This document shows positions 1 to 10,532 of a stretch of 64,000 bases of DNA, in pieces. Source of the stretch: a virus (lineage: Duplodnaviria > Caudoviricetes); IMG/VR virus record IMGVR_UViG_3300027740_000003, positions 288,001 through 352,000 of that record. One strand, 5' to 3'. A program made the translations under genes and the position numbers. The notes beneath the pieces are model-generated. The model was not told where the DNA came from and searched no databases. It saw only the letters and a list, made by a program, of their open reading frames with translations. Position 1 is the first letter of the stretch. Each line of letters starts with the position of its first letter.

Positions 1-774
1 AAACTGTTGCATATTTTGAAGATGCCGTGGCATTTCTGCTATAGTTTCTTCTAATGCTGCTGCTGCTGCAACTACACCGGCAACATCTGGAGTTCCAGGT
101 CGGTCATTAAAATACCTTGGCCCGGTTCCATACTCTTTATATAACGCAAAGTTTTTCAAATATAACAATCCTATTCCTGCCGGCCCTCCCCATTTATGAG
201 CTCCAAAAGCGGCTATATCTACCGGTAATTGTTCAATATTTATTGGGGTTTTTCCTGGAGCCTGACACATATCAGAAAAAAGTAGGCCAATAATTTTTGG
301 TTTCAATTTTTCAATGGGTTGTATTATACCAATTTCATTTTGAACATGAGAACAAACTACACAATTAGTATCAATATCCGCCATTTCAGAAATTAAACCA
401 TTTTTATTATTTAGAATTTTTATTTTATTTTTTCTAAATATATTTTCTAATTTTTGATATACGGCAGAGTGTTCAAGTCCAGAAGAATAAATAAAACAAT
501 TATCGTCTTGTATTGATTTTTTTAAAATATCTAAACCCCAATCACAAGCCTGAGTGCAACCGCTTGTTATTATTAAATTGCCAGGATTCGTTCCCAATAA
601 TTGGGCCAATTTTGCCCTTGCTGTTTCAAGAGCAAGAGAGGCTTCTTGACCAAGACGAGACGGAGCTGAGGCATGTCCCCAACCAGCTCGAGAAGATTGG
701 AAATCAGAGTATATTTTTATTGTAGCTTTGCTCATTGGAATATGGGCATTAGCATCTAAATACAGTTCTTTCAT
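1..774 (-). CDS. iscS: Cysteine desulfurase IscS/NifS-like PLP enzyme, partial (3' end runs off the window)
   Basis: Hand translation from ATG at 774 is open to base 1: MKELYLDANAHIP...ETARAKLAQLLG...IITSGCTQA...LEHSAV...AFGAHKWGGPAGIGLLY...RPGTPDVAGV. These match the YLD, TSGATE, EH, HK(PLP lysine)xxGPxGIG and RxGT motifs. Not in the ORF track. Confidence 0.8.
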   Translation of the reverse strand, partial: MKELYLDANAHIPMSKATIKIYSDFQSSRAGWGHASAPSRLGQEASLALETARAKLAQLLGTNPGNLIITSGCTQACDWGLDILKKSIQDDNCFIYSSGLEHSAVYQKLENIFRKNKIKILNNKNGLISEMADIDTNCVVCSHVQNEIGIIQPIEKLKPKIIGLLFSDMCQAPGKTPINIEQLPVDIAAFGAHKWGGPAGIGLLYLKNFALYKEYGTGPRYFNDRPGTPDVAGVVAAAAALEETIAEMPRHLQNMQQF

Positions 775-801
775 GTTCGTTGATATATCAACACGTTTTT
801 A

Positions 802-2550
802 TTAAATCGGAATTTGATTTACGTTGCCTTGAGACAATATTATACGCCTAACTGTTCCTGGAATATGCCAATCAAAAGTGCTATTATCTCCAGAAACAAT
901 AACGCCAGTTAGATCTACAGATTGAACCAAAAAATTAGTTGCGGTTCTTGATGCCTCTGGAGCTTCTAAAATTCCTCTAGCAACACCTATTCCTGTAGCT
1001 TTTGAAACAATTACCCCTTGACTATTTGCATTTCTAGCAGAAACCACAATATATCCATCATCAAGCGTTCCTATTCCTTTTTGTTCATTTGAATTAAAAG
1101 GAGTCTGTGCCCATGTTAAATCTATATTTGTTGAACCAGATATTCTGATAGAAGCTGTTGTTCCTAATAAATTTGGCTTATCTGAAGCGTCCGACCAATA
1201 TAATGATTGCTCACCAAGAGCTTCATCAGAACTATCACCAATAAGTAATCCATAAAGATTTCTTGTTCCAGACATTCCGTATCTAGTCCAAATTGTTCCA
1301 GATAGAATAAAATCAATTGCTGAACTTGCACTGTTAAATATTTGCGAGTCGTATATTTTTATATTTACTTTAAGACCATAAGATATACTTCCCTGTGTTA
1401 TTGAACCAGATCCACCTGTAGTTCCATATGCTAATGATTGATAAAAATTAAAAGTTTTATCATCTGTTAAATATATAGATTTAACTAACAAACTGTCTCT
1501 AAAATTTATATTGCCAGAACTTGAAGGCGCAACGTTAGCACTACCACCAAAACGACAACGTGTTAAATTGCAAGCAGGAAAAGACTCAGATCTAATATGA
1601 GAATCAATACTGCATCCATCAACCATTGCTATAAACATTATATTAGTAGATATTCCCAACCTAGACTGAGCAACCCCTCCTAAAGCCAAGTCTTTTATTA
1701 AAAAAGCGACTTGTGTGGACACTGATGTAGGAGTTCTTGATGGTTTTTGATTTATTGAAAGATTTTGAATTATTGGCAAAGACTCAACAACATATGTGCT
1801 TGTTCCAGCTGGAGATACAATTGTTGGAAGATATACAGGTGCCGCTGGTACTCCACCAAATCTATTAACCGCCGCAACATTTACTCCAACGCCCCCGGGG
1901 CTTGTTGCAGCAACCCAAGCTACAGATTGTGCAGATGCCCCAGAAGTAATACGTATTCTTTGCCAAACATTTGCTATCCAATCTGCTACACCAGAATCTG
2001 TTAACATTGACACTTCTGGTGTAATATGGGACCTTTCTGTATAAGTATTTACAATGCCAGTTCTAACTGTTGTTGGCACTCCGGCAATTGTAAACAAATA
2101 TCCATTAGTGTCAATTTCAAGCATTGCATAGGAAATTACAGATTCCGCTACAACATAAACCGTTATGTCTTGTTTTAAACCTCCAACAGATAGTCTTCTA
2201 TTTAATTCAGCAAAAGTTGCAAGAGGTGCTGTTGCACTTCCAATATTTTCATCATTTCCAGTTGAAGGATCTATATACCAAGTTGCTTGACTTAACCAAT
2301 CAGGAGCTGTTGTTGATATTTCTCTTTCCCAATTTCCGCCACCAACAGCCGCAATTACAGTTATCCCATCTGGAGTAAGGCTAGAACTAGTATTTCTTTT
2401 CCAAAAACAAAGCAAACTATTTATCCAAATATATCCAGATGATGCAGAACTCAGTGCAGCTAATGTGGTTAAATTTTCAGCAACCCCAACTCTGTCAGTT
2501 AATCCTGAGCTTCCACTGCCACCAGATGTTGTATTAAAAAATGAAGACAT
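802..2550 (-). CDS. Probable virion protein, pectin-lyase-like beta-helix or tailspike type
   Basis: WYIDPSTGNDENIGSATAPLATFAE matches the motif that typically precedes right-handed beta-helix domains. Start placed at MSSFF (2550), coupled by TAATG to the upstream stop. One DGY. Confidence 0.5.
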   Translation of the reverse strand: MSSFFNTTSGGSGSSGLTDRVGVAENLTTLAALSSASSGYIWINSLLCFWKRNTSSSLTPDGITVIAAVGGGNWEREISTTAPDWLSQATWYIDPSTGNDENIGSATAPLATFAELNRRLSVGGLKQDITVYVVAESVISYAMLEIDTNGYLFTIAGVPTTVRTGIVNTYTERSHITPEVSMLTDSGVADWIANVWQRIRITSGASAQSVAWVAATSPGGVGVNVAAVNRFGGVPAAPVYLPTIVSPAGTSTYVVESLPIIQNLSINQKPSRTPTSVSTQVAFLIKDLALGGVAQSRLGISTNIMFIAMVDGCSIDSHIRSESFPACNLTRCRFGGSANVAPSSSGNINFRDSLLVKSIYLTDDKTFNFYQSLAYGTTGGSGSITQGSISYGLKVNIKIYDSQIFNSASSAIDFILSGTIWTRYGMSGTRNLYGLLIGDSSDEALGEQSLYWSDASDKPNLLGTTASIRISGSTNIDLTWAQTPFNSNEQKGIGTLDDGYIVVSARNANSQGVIVSKATGIGVARGILEAPEASRTATNFLVQSVDLTGVIVSGDNSTFDWHIPGTVRRIILSQGNVNQIPI

Positions 2551-2885
2551 TATAACCCCCAAGCTTCAATTCTAACCGTTCCACTACCAGAAACCAACCT
2601 AAACCAAATTGCGCTTATATTTCTATTATCAAAAAACATAGCTTGCGTCGGTTGTCCATTCTCCATGTCTCCATTTACATCAACTCCATTAAATGAATAT
2701 TCTATAATCCCAGATCCCTCCCAAGCCAACGAAAAACTTAAATTAGAATGTCTATAATTAAACACAACATCAGCAGTTGTATTAAATGTATATCCGTCAA
2801 CTGCTACTCTTGAAAAAGTATTATAATTAACCATTTCCCACCTAAAACATTTGGCGCCATACTTATGCCATTCTATCCATTGCAT
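2550..2885 (-). CDS. Small beta-rich hypothetical protein, probably virion-associated (start possibly 2834)
   Basis: ORF track; beta-strand-like composition; stop overlaps the next start; one DGY. Confidence 0.5.
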   Translation of the reverse strand: MQWIEWHKYGAKCFRWEMVNYNTFSRVAVDGYTFNTTADVVFNYRHSNLSFSLAWEGSGIIEYSFNGVDVNGDMENGQPTQAMFFDNRNISAIWFRLVSGSGTVRIEAWGL

Positions 2886-2899
2886 ATTTTGACATTTTT

Positions 2900-4042
2900 G
2901 TGATTATGGCAACACTTGATAATATGGCCGACCAGGCCCTAGATATTGCCGGAACTTTATACCAAACTGATGATTTGGATAAAGTAGACGAAGCAGCACA
3001 ATTAGGAAGACCTATTCAGGTCGGTGCCACTGCATCTATTTTAGGAATTGCTCCGAATTTTACATTATCTGGTCTTGTCGGAATGTCTCAACAAAGCGTT
3101 GGTCATTTCATTACTATAGAAAATGCAAACTCTCCAGGTAATAATAATACTTGCCGTGTTCTAGCTTATATTAATCCAACTACAATAACTATTTTAAATC
3201 CTGCCGGCTCCGGCGGAGATCTAAATAACGGATCTTTGTACTGGATCGAAAGATATCCTTGGTCAGCAGAAGATGACCATAACTTCCACAGAACTGATAG
3301 AGCAGATATTAAAGGCGTCGCTTATGACCAATCTGTTCCAACGTATGTTAGATGTGTTAACCAAAATGCACAAGTTCCGGCTAATCTAGCCAATATTGCT
3401 GGAAAAACAACAGATGCCAAAGCCTTCGTTGATAATATTAAATTTTTAAATGTTAGTGTTAGTATCAGCAACACATTTATTACATTAAATAGTCCTGGAA
3501 ATTTAAAACATGCCAACGCAACAGACATTACAGGTGTTCCCATCAGTGATGGATATGACTCTGGAAATGATGAAGCTACATTTGTTGGTATTATAAAAGA
3601 CGGTTATGGATCGGAACTGACTGTATTAAGAACCGTTGATGGTTATGTTCAGGCTGGTTGGAGAATTTTCGGAAAAACAAGGGCAGGATCTGCACTGTCC
3701 CCTAACTCTGTTGAAATTGAATTATTTGCTATGCAAAATGGCGGGTCTTTAGATAACGCACTTCCTTATACTTGGGAAATAGGACAACCAACATTAGTTC
3801 ATCTAATTATAGGATATAGAAGTTGTTTATATAATCTTTCTGAAATAGCTTTTAGAAAAGCGTTGATATATTCTATGTTATATGGAGAAGAAGATCTTCC
3901 TGCTCCTAATGGTATTGGGCAGGTTTTAATGGCAATAGACGGAACAAGATTTATTCCTGCAATGCCGGTGACATCAATTAACGGATGGCTGGTTAATGAC
4001 GAAGGTATATTAATTGTTAATGATATATATGGAGAAGTATAA
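2900..4042 (+). CDS. Hypothetical virion structural protein
   Basis: 380-aa ORF, first of a tightly packed plus-strand block; likely ATG at 2906; three DGY motifs. Confidence 0.55.
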   Translation: MIMATLDNMADQALDIAGTLYQTDDLDKVDEAAQLGRPIQVGATASILGIAPNFTLSGLVGMSQQSVGHFITIENANSPGNNNTCRVLAYINPTTITILNPAGSGGDLNNGSLYWIERYPWSAEDDHNFHRTDRADIKGVAYDQSVPTYVRCVNQNAQVPANLANIAGKTTDAKAFVDNIKFLNVSVSISNTFITLNSPGNLKHANATDITGVPISDGYDSGNDEATFVGIIKDGYGSELTVLRTVDGYVQAGWRIFGKTRAGSALSPNSVEIELFAMQNGGSLDNALPYTWEIGQPTLVHLIIGYRSCLYNLSEIAFRKALIYSMLYGEEDLPAPNGIGQVLMAIDGTRFIPAMPVTSINGWLVNDEGILIVNDIYGEV

Positions 4043-5730
4043 TGGCATTTCCTGGTGATAGAGCTTGGAAACTTAAAAGAACTGTTCCGTCTGCTAAAAT
4101 TTACGGAACTCCTTCACACGATTGTTGGTTAGTATTAACTCACGACAATTTGCCTGATGCAATGATTACCCTTGGCGGAGCACAAGGAATGCAACAATAT
4201 GCTGCTGATTTAGCAGCCAGCTCAGATTCCGAAGGATTAACACGAATTCCTCTATGGGTTTGTAGGGCAGATTTAGACGCAACCCCTGCAAACAGTCGTG
4301 TAGAAATATGGATACGTAGACAAGATGTGTCAGACACTTTAGATACAGATGTTTGGTTGTGGTGGGGATCTGCCGTAGAAGTTGCACCAGGAGTGACAGA
4401 AGATTATGGTCGAAATGATGTTTGGAATGGAACTACAGGAACTGGAATTCCAGTTGTATCATGGGCAGTATGGATGTTTGACGAGGACCCTGCCGCTCCG
4501 GCCCCGGCATATACAGACGTTTCTGGAAATGGACATCATGGATATGTTTTTGGAACCATAACACGTGTTGATTGTGCTCCTGGTAGAGGTTTAAGCACAG
4601 TTGCTGGAGGTGGCTGGGTAGATACAGCAAGCACAACGTGGGCTCCCGGAACAGGAGACTTTTCCGTAATAGAAGTATATCAACGCTCCGATGCAACCAG
4701 AGCTGGTGGTTCATATTTTAACGTCAATGAATTTGCTTTAGGCCCTGATTTCATATCTGCTACATTTAATACTGGAAACTATACATGGATGGTAACACAA
4801 CCTGTAGGAACCCCATATTTGGTTGGAGGATCTAGAGATGGCGATAATTTTACCATGTATTTAGATACGGCAATTCAAAATGATACAGGATGGTCAGAAG
4901 TTAATGCTTCTAGTTCTGGAGCATTAACTGTGGTTTGGGATTACCATTCAGATACTAGATATTGTTCTTTCTTAGGACTTCTTAATAGTGCCCCCAATTC
5001 ATATTGGTGGCGTACTATGTATGAAAATATTATTGCTGGTTCTTTTTGGGACGAAACAGGAACTATCCAACCAGCAGCAATTACTGCACAAATATATTTT
5101 GATGGTTTACAAACAAATTCAGAGGTTAGAATATATGAAACCCCACATACTCAAATCTGGACCGCAAATTTCGCCGGCCTCACCTCACCATTATTATGGG
5201 GAGATTATATAGCTTTTCAAATCCAAAGAGCCTCATCAACAGAAAATCATTATGCTTGGTTTACTAATTCAGAAGACGGATATGCAGACCCTGCAATAGC
5301 AGAAAGTATAGGCCATAAAGTAGTAGTAAATGACGGATATACAACAACACAAATTGCAACAAAATTTGCATCTGCAATTGATGGTTATGCAGATGTATCA
5401 GCTGTATCATCAGTTGCAATTGCAACTATTACTAATGATAGAAATGGACAAACAGATGAACCTACCGATGGAGGAACTTTAGCCACTTTAACAGTTGTAC
5501 AAATAGGAGGAACCGCTACAACTGAAATAGATGGCATAGAAAATAGCACAGGATCATCATGGACAGCAGAATATCAAGTTATTAGACCAAGACGCGCTAT
5601 TATCCATATAATACACTTGTTATATCAAAATAAAAGATATAGCACTATTTTAAACACATCGGGGTTGGTTGTTCCAGCCGGTGCTCTGCAAATTATAGAC
5701 AGACAATATTCAAATCCAGCAGGTCCATAA
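4042..5730 (+). CDS. DUF2341-like plus LamG/concanavalin-A-like virion protein (tail or receptor-binding associated)
   Basis: N-terminal DLAASSDSEGLTRIPLW...VEIWIRRQDVSDTLDTDVWLWWG resembles DUF2341; VWMFDE...DVSGNGHHG resembles a LamG start; three DGY. Confidence 0.6.
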   Translation: MAFPGDRAWKLKRTVPSAKIYGTPSHDCWLVLTHDNLPDAMITLGGAQGMQQYAADLAASSDSEGLTRIPLWVCRADLDATPANSRVEIWIRRQDVSDTLDTDVWLWWGSAVEVAPGVTEDYGRNDVWNGTTGTGIPVVSWAVWMFDEDPAAPAPAYTDVSGNGHHGYVFGTITRVDCAPGRGLSTVAGGGWVDTASTTWAPGTGDFSVIEVYQRSDATRAGGSYFNVNEFALGPDFISATFNTGNYTWMVTQPVGTPYLVGGSRDGDNFTMYLDTAIQNDTGWSEVNASSSGALTVVWDYHSDTRYCSFLGLLNSAPNSYWWRTMYENIIAGSFWDETGTIQPAAITAQIYFDGLQTNSEVRIYETPHTQIWTANFAGLTSPLLWGDYIAFQIQRASSTENHYAWFTNSEDGYADPAIAESIGHKVVVNDGYTTTQIATKFASAIDGYADVSAVSSVAIATITNDRNGQTDEPTDGGTLATLTVVQIGGTATTEIDGIENSTGSSWTAEYQVIRPRRAIIHIIHLLYQNKRYSTILNTSGLVVPAGALQIIDRQYSNPAGP

Positions 5731-5733
5731 TTT

Positions 5734-6261
5734 ATGGTTACAGCTCTACACAAAGATCATGGCGTTCCAGAAGGTATTCATCAAATATATAACTGGAATT
5801 TTGTCAATGAATCTACAAGATTATCACATATTTATCTTTCTAAAGATATAGGCAAAGTAGCAAGACAAACAAATGACAATACGTTTTGGCTGCTAACAAA
5901 TTATTTCCCCACAACATTTGTTCAAATTGGAGGTTCCGGCTCATTAACCCCAACAAATCATCAAACTCTAAGACAACTAATTCATTTGGCCTTTGGAGGC
6001 CCATTCGAGGGTTTCTCAGGTGCTTATAAAGAAATTTTACCAGTAAGCGATCCCTTCCCAACAAATATTACTTGGTGGACTAATTCTAGTAAAACAAATA
6101 AAATTATTGAAAAAATAATAATAAGAAACGACTCTCAAATACCAATAGTAATAACATATAACGTTTATGAAATAGATGGAATTACTATTGAAGCGTCTGC
6201 AATTGATAATATTGTTTATAATGGAATATTCGAAATTAGCAGAGAAAGGATTATTATATGA
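5734..6261 (+). CDS. Hypothetical virion protein
   Basis: 175-aa ORF; DIGKVARQTNDNTFWLL segment resembles the small protein at 8541-8756. Confidence 0.55.
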   Translation: MVTALHKDHGVPEGIHQIYNWNFVNESTRLSHIYLSKDIGKVARQTNDNTFWLLTNYFPTTFVQIGGSGSLTPTNHQTLRQLIHLAFGGPFEGFSGAYKEILPVSDPFPTNITWWTNSSKTNKIIEKIIIRNDSQIPIVITYNVYEIDGITIEASAIDNIVYNGIFEISRERIII

Positions 6262-6629
6262 GTGATAGCCCTGCTGTAATATTATATGACGGATACAGTA
6301 ACCCGGTTGTTATTGAAAATAATACCGAATTTCCATCGTCTCAAGGAATTGTTCCTGTGGGAGGAATTACTACAGACGGTTATGCATCTGTTATTTTATT
6401 AAATAATGACGGAACTCTATCTTCTTATAAAAAAACAGAAAGATTTGAAAAAATCACAGTTGGAACAACAGATACTATCTATATGGGAGAGGCTGTGCCA
6501 GGATCTGCTGAAGGATCTTCGGTATGGCTAATTAGACGAGTAATAATTACAGATAATTTTCCAGTATCAATAATGATATCTAACGAAAATGTTTCTTGGA
6601 ATAATAGGAATATTATCGAATATTATTGA
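6258..6629 (+). CDS. Hypothetical virion protein
   Basis: 123-aa ORF overlapping the previous stop (ATGA); YMGEAVPGSAEGSSVWLIRR; two DGY. Confidence 0.55.
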   Translation: MSDSPAVILYDGYSNPVVIENNTEFPSSQGIVPVGGITTDGYASVILLNNDGTLSSYKKTERFEKITVGTTDTIYMGEAVPGSAEGSSVWLIRRVIITDNFPVSIMISNENVSWNNRNIIEYY

Positions 6630-6650
6630 ACAATAATATAAGGTGAATAT

Positions 6651-8057
6651 ATGGCTTTAATTGTAGACCCAGATTATCTTCATGATGCTCCAAATTCCAG
6701 CTCTTTAGATGGATATGAAGTTTTTATAGATACTACTAATTTATATATACAGCTTAATATTGACGGATATCTATCAACCGATGGCGTCACCATTAAATGC
6801 TTATATTCATTTTTAAAAGAAGAATGGCGGCTTGATCCTAATGCAAAGAATCTGGCGGCTTTTCCTTTCCCCATGACGCCAATTACGGATGAATCTTTCG
6901 AACTCACAGATGGGTGGAATTTTGACGGATATCAATCACAATATTTGATTAGAACAGGTGGCTGGACTGTAAGAAATATTTCTGGCAACGTCACGGAAAA
7001 ATGGTCCGGAATTATCGGATTAGGCACAATCCAAGCCGATGATCAGCTATATTTCTATCAGGGAGTTGATGCCGAAAACGTTCAGCTACAGGGGCAAGTA
7101 AACCAAGCAGTAACGGTCCTCAGTGACCCAAATGGTGACGGAACCTTTACTGACGGCTATGATTATAGAACTGCATTTACTATATTCTGCCGCGAGTATC
7201 AGCAGACATATGACTCATCAAATCTTGCTGACATCGGTGTTACTACCATGGATTCGATTGCTTATCGTTTCCCCCTATCAACAGCAACAGATTTAAAAAT
7301 CACTCATAACGATTCAACCGTTTCCACAACAGCTCCTTATACAGGAATGAGCATTACTTATTATGCAACTCCACAATCAAGAACAATTGGAAGTTCAAGT
7401 TATAACTTTGGTATTATCATAAATGGAAATAGTGGAACCGCAGAACAAATATATGAATTTGTTCAATATAAATTAAGACAAAATTCAGATATCGATGCTG
7501 GTGCTGGTATTGTTATTGGTAAAACGGCAGATGCTTTGTTGGGATTTGTCGGAGACACATTATATACCAAGACTGCAACAAACCCATCTGGGGGCGGAAC
7601 AGGTGTGTTTATCGACAACTATCAGGTCGTAGATGTTAACAGACTGGTGCTTACTGACAACACTGAAACAGAAAGAACCTTCCCTTATGTTGCTGCTTTA
7701 ACAATAAACGTCGGCGCAAACCTTACTGGAGATGCGGCTGCTAAATATTGGGTATATTTCACAACTTTACCAGGTGGAGCAGATTACGGAACATCATTGG
7801 CGGTTATTACTGAAGACGCAGATGGTTATGATATGTCTGGAGATATAAGCGGAGACGCCTCAATTCAGCATTCATTTGCTTATGATACAAATAATCAAGG
7901 GGGCAGAACTCCAGCAACAGATGCAGTAATAACTGTAGTGGCAATTGGACTTAGTACCGGACAATATGTTAGAGCAACTGGAACAATTGCCAGGTCTACA
8001 TCTAACGTAGTTTCGTTGGTTGCTGCTCTCGAAAGAAACTACTCTAACCCAGCTTAA
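6651..8057 (+). CDS. Virion structural protein with N-terminal LYSFLKEEW...DGW domain
   Basis: 468 aa, AAGGTG RBS, five DGY; N-terminal domain related to 8079-8540 and 59635-60057. Confidence 0.6.
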   Translation: MALIVDPDYLHDAPNSSSLDGYEVFIDTTNLYIQLNIDGYLSTDGVTIKCLYSFLKEEWRLDPNAKNLAAFPFPMTPITDESFELTDGWNFDGYQSQYLIRTGGWTVRNISGNVTEKWSGIIGLGTIQADDQLYFYQGVDAENVQLQGQVNQAVTVLSDPNGDGTFTDGYDYRTAFTIFCREYQQTYDSSNLADIGVTTMDSIAYRFPLSTATDLKITHNDSTVSTTAPYTGMSITYYATPQSRTIGSSSYNFGIIINGNSGTAEQIYEFVQYKLRQNSDIDAGAGIVIGKTADALLGFVGDTLYTKTATNPSGGGTGVFIDNYQVVDVNRLVLTDNTETERTFPYVAALTINVGANLTGDAAAKYWVYFTTLPGGADYGTSLAVITEDADGYDMSGDISGDASIQHSFAYDTNNQGGRTPATDAVITVVAIGLSTGQYVRATGTIARSTSNVVSLVAALERNYSNPA

Positions 8058-8078
8058 CCAACCCGAGAGTAAGATATA

Positions 8079-8540
8079 ATGGGATATATTTTTGATGGAT
8101 ACAATGCTATAATTATATTAGATTCAATTGAAGAATTTAATATCGAAGATTTGTATTCTCGTTGGAAAGAATGGGTTCTAGACGGATACTCACAATATCC
8201 TGTTGCCTTCCGAACTCTTGGTGGGGACCCTATCTCTGCAACTCAAGAAATTGCCCCCTATTTTTTCTTAAATACAACTGATGGTTGGAGAATAAGACCT
8301 TATGAATCAGATCATGAACTCCATATCATAGGAAACTTATATCCAGAAAACCCATTGGATCCTATGTTTACTCCAACATTGGGAGAATATACCGTATTAG
8401 TCACTATAGAAAGATCTTCATCAGCCATAGCTTTTGAGGTAAATACAGGAAGTGGATTAACTCCAACACAAAGTATGTGGCTAGAAACCCTATTTAAAAA
8501 TATTCCACTTCAAACCATTTTATCATTAAGGGCAAAATAA
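8079..8540 (+). CDS. Virion protein, LYSxWKEW...DGW domain family
   Basis: DLYSRWKEWVLDGY...FFLNTTDGWRIRP is similar to the N-terminus of 6651-8057; two DGY. Confidence 0.55.
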   Translation: MGYIFDGYNAIIILDSIEEFNIEDLYSRWKEWVLDGYSQYPVAFRTLGGDPISATQEIAPYFFLNTTDGWRIRPYESDHELHIIGNLYPENPLDPMFTPTLGEYTVLVTIERSSSAIAFEVNTGSGLTPTQSMWLETLFKNIPLQTILSLRAK

Positions 8541-8756
8541 TTAAACAACAATAGTTGCCACTAGCCCCCAGGAAATTGTTGCAGTGTCCAATAAAATATA
8601 AATCTCATTTGTATCTAATTGTATTGCCAACTTATATTTATCATATGCTTCAAATGGCCCGGCGGCTAATCTTTCTACAGAATCAATATACTCAAACGAA
8701 ATAGCCGAGTGTAATCCTTCTAATATCGTCTGTGCTGTATGTCTAGCTTCACTCAT
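8541..8756 (-). CDS. Small hypothetical protein
   Basis: 71 aa; its stop abuts the convergent plus-strand stop; start overlaps the stop of 8753-9349. Confidence 0.55.
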   Translation of the reverse strand: MSEARHTAQTILEGLHSAISFEYIDSVERLAAGPFEAYDKYKLAIQLDTNEIYILLDTATISWGLVATIVV

Positions 8757-9349
8757 ATTGCCACCACATAATCTGCCACTAATACACTACTCTCCTTAGG
8801 AGAAAAATTCAATATTATTGTGTCATACCCAGTCCCGGAACCACCACTCTCTACAAGATAATAATCAACACTCTCCACTAAAACTCTACCATTATGCCTA
8901 AGCAATATACGAAAATCGTTGCTTTCATGTATTCCATTAATAAATTTATCCGAAGTAGTAAATGTTCTATTCACCCCATCTAATACTCCAATAAGATCTT
9001 CTCCCTGTTTAAATGCATAATCCAAATCAGCCGTTCCTCCGCCAGGTGTTATTCCAACCGTTATTCCTGCATCTAATAAAAACTGCCTATGGCATTCATC
9101 AAATTGATACAATTCTATGTTGCTCTCAACTACACGTATTTCTCGTGCCCTTATCTTAATATTTAAATCTCCTTTCAATAATGAATGACGAATAACGTCC
9201 TCAGAAACATTCGGAATAGCTAGCAAATCCCTAACCATACCATTCCCAATAGGTGTGTGAAAACACTTTATACGTTTCCCTTCTGGCGCAATGTTTTGAA
9301 CCTTGAATACTACAGGACATTGCTTGTGTACAAATGTCCGATATCCCAC
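8753..9349 (-). CDS. Hypothetical structural protein
   Basis: C-terminal GVLDGVNRTFT...HNGRVLVESVDY pattern is typical of phage tail or baseplate accessory repeats. Confidence 0.5.
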   Translation of the reverse strand: MGYRTFVHKQCPVVFKVQNIAPEGKRIKCFHTPIGNGMVRDLLAIPNVSEDVIRHSLLKGDLNIKIRAREIRVVESNIELYQFDECHRQFLLDAGITVGITPGGGTADLDYAFKQGEDLIGVLDGVNRTFTTSDKFINGIHESNDFRILLRHNGRVLVESVDYYLVESGGSGTGYDTIILNFSPKESSVLVADYVVAI

Positions 9350-9350
9350 T

Positions 9351-10148
9351 TTACTCCTTTACTTCATCGGTTATTGTAATAGTCACGGTTCTGGAAACTT
9401 TCTTCTCTCCATCCCTACGAATATTATTGTTCCCAAATATTGCTTCAATTATATTCTGCTGTGCAGTCTTGTCTCCGGTTATTACCATAGGACCACTAGA
9501 TGCTTTACTAACCCCGCCAGTGTTCTCTAAATATACTCCCCTCTTCAATAAATCCTCGTCCTTATTCAATATAGCCTTTTTAAGATCTCTTGAAGACATC
9601 TTTTTTATTTCTTCCATGCTTAATCTATATCTGGCAAATAATAATTGTTCCAAATATGATACCTGAGGTGCAGATATATCTTGGTCTCCTTGTTTTATCC
9701 TCAAAGTCCTTCCTACATGATCCGATAATACACGAGCATAACTGTCATGATATTCTGCCTCTTTACCATAAAATTCTTTAATATCATCCAATACATTATT
9801 TAATTTGGCAAATATAGCAAGTTTCTCCTGCATATCCTCATCTATAAATTGATCTGCCCTGTGCCAATATTGTAATGCTTTACGAGGATTTCTTTGCTCT
9901 TCTTGATCAATATGTCTAGTGTCTATTGCAAATTTCTTTATTGTTTGTGAAGACGCTATCTTTATAAGAGCTGCTTTTCTGGCACTTCTACGAACCGAAG
10001 CAGGCTCTTCTTCGCAATCAATTATATAAATGCGTTTTGCAGGTATTTCTACAGCTCCAGCTTTTGCCATCTCATAGAAATCTTCTGAAATCCTTAATAA
10101 AAGCTCAGCATTACCAGATAATGTAAGTTTCTGATCACTAATGGTCAT
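9351..10148 (-). CDS. Hypothetical head-module protein
   Basis: 265-aa helical ORF downstream of the capsid gene; LIKIAS motif. Confidence 0.6.
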   Translation of the reverse strand: MTISDQKLTLSGNAELLLRISEDFYEMAKAGAVEIPAKRIYIIDCEEEPASVRRSARKAALIKIASSQTIKKFAIDTRHIDQEEQRNPRKALQYWHRADQFIDEDMQEKLAIFAKLNNVLDDIKEFYGKEAEYHDSYARVLSDHVGRTLRIKQGDQDISAPQVSYLEQLLFARYRLSMEEIKKMSSRDLKKAILNKDEDLLKRGVYLENTGGVSKASSGPMVITGDKTAQQNIIEAIFGNNNIRRDGEKKVSRTVTITITDEVKE

Positions 10149-10165
10149 CTTATAGAAATACGACT

Positions 10166-10468
10166 TTATGCGTCCTCAGATACATTTCCAACTGCTTTGG
10201 CAGCATTAATGATACTTCCAAATTCATCAACAGATAATCCTGAGGATCCTAAAACCTCTCTCCTAATATGCAAAAAGAAACTTGGTCCATACAGTCGCCC
10301 AAATTCCTTTTTTAAAACGCTTTCACCACACTGCAAGGCGTGAGTGGCAGCATCATCCGAACCATTGTCAAACAGCCTTTTGGCTAGTTTATATGCAACG
10401 TAAGCTAACTCCTGGCTCTCTTGCAAAGACGCATACTTGGAAAATAATTTTGATAATTTATGAATCAT
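10166..10468 (-). CDS. Small hypothetical protein
   Basis: Start moved to MIHKL (10468) because the longer ORF-track start overlaps the capsid terminator. Confidence 0.5.
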   Translation of the reverse strand: MIHKLSKLFSKYASLQESQELAYVAYKLAKRLFDNGSDDAATHALQCGESVLKKEFGRLYGPSFFLHIRREVLGSSGLSVDEFGSIINAAKAVGNVSEDA

Positions 10469-10491
10469 ACTATTATATCTTTTTATTAGTG

Positions 10492-10532
10492 GACAAACAA
10501 AAACGGCCTCCCTTTTCAAGGAAGCCGTTTTC
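10492..10532 (-). terminator. Intrinsic terminator after the major capsid gene
   Basis: Minus strand AAAACGGCTTCCTT-GAAA-AGGGAGGCCGTTTT followed by TGTTTGT. Confidence 0.75.
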
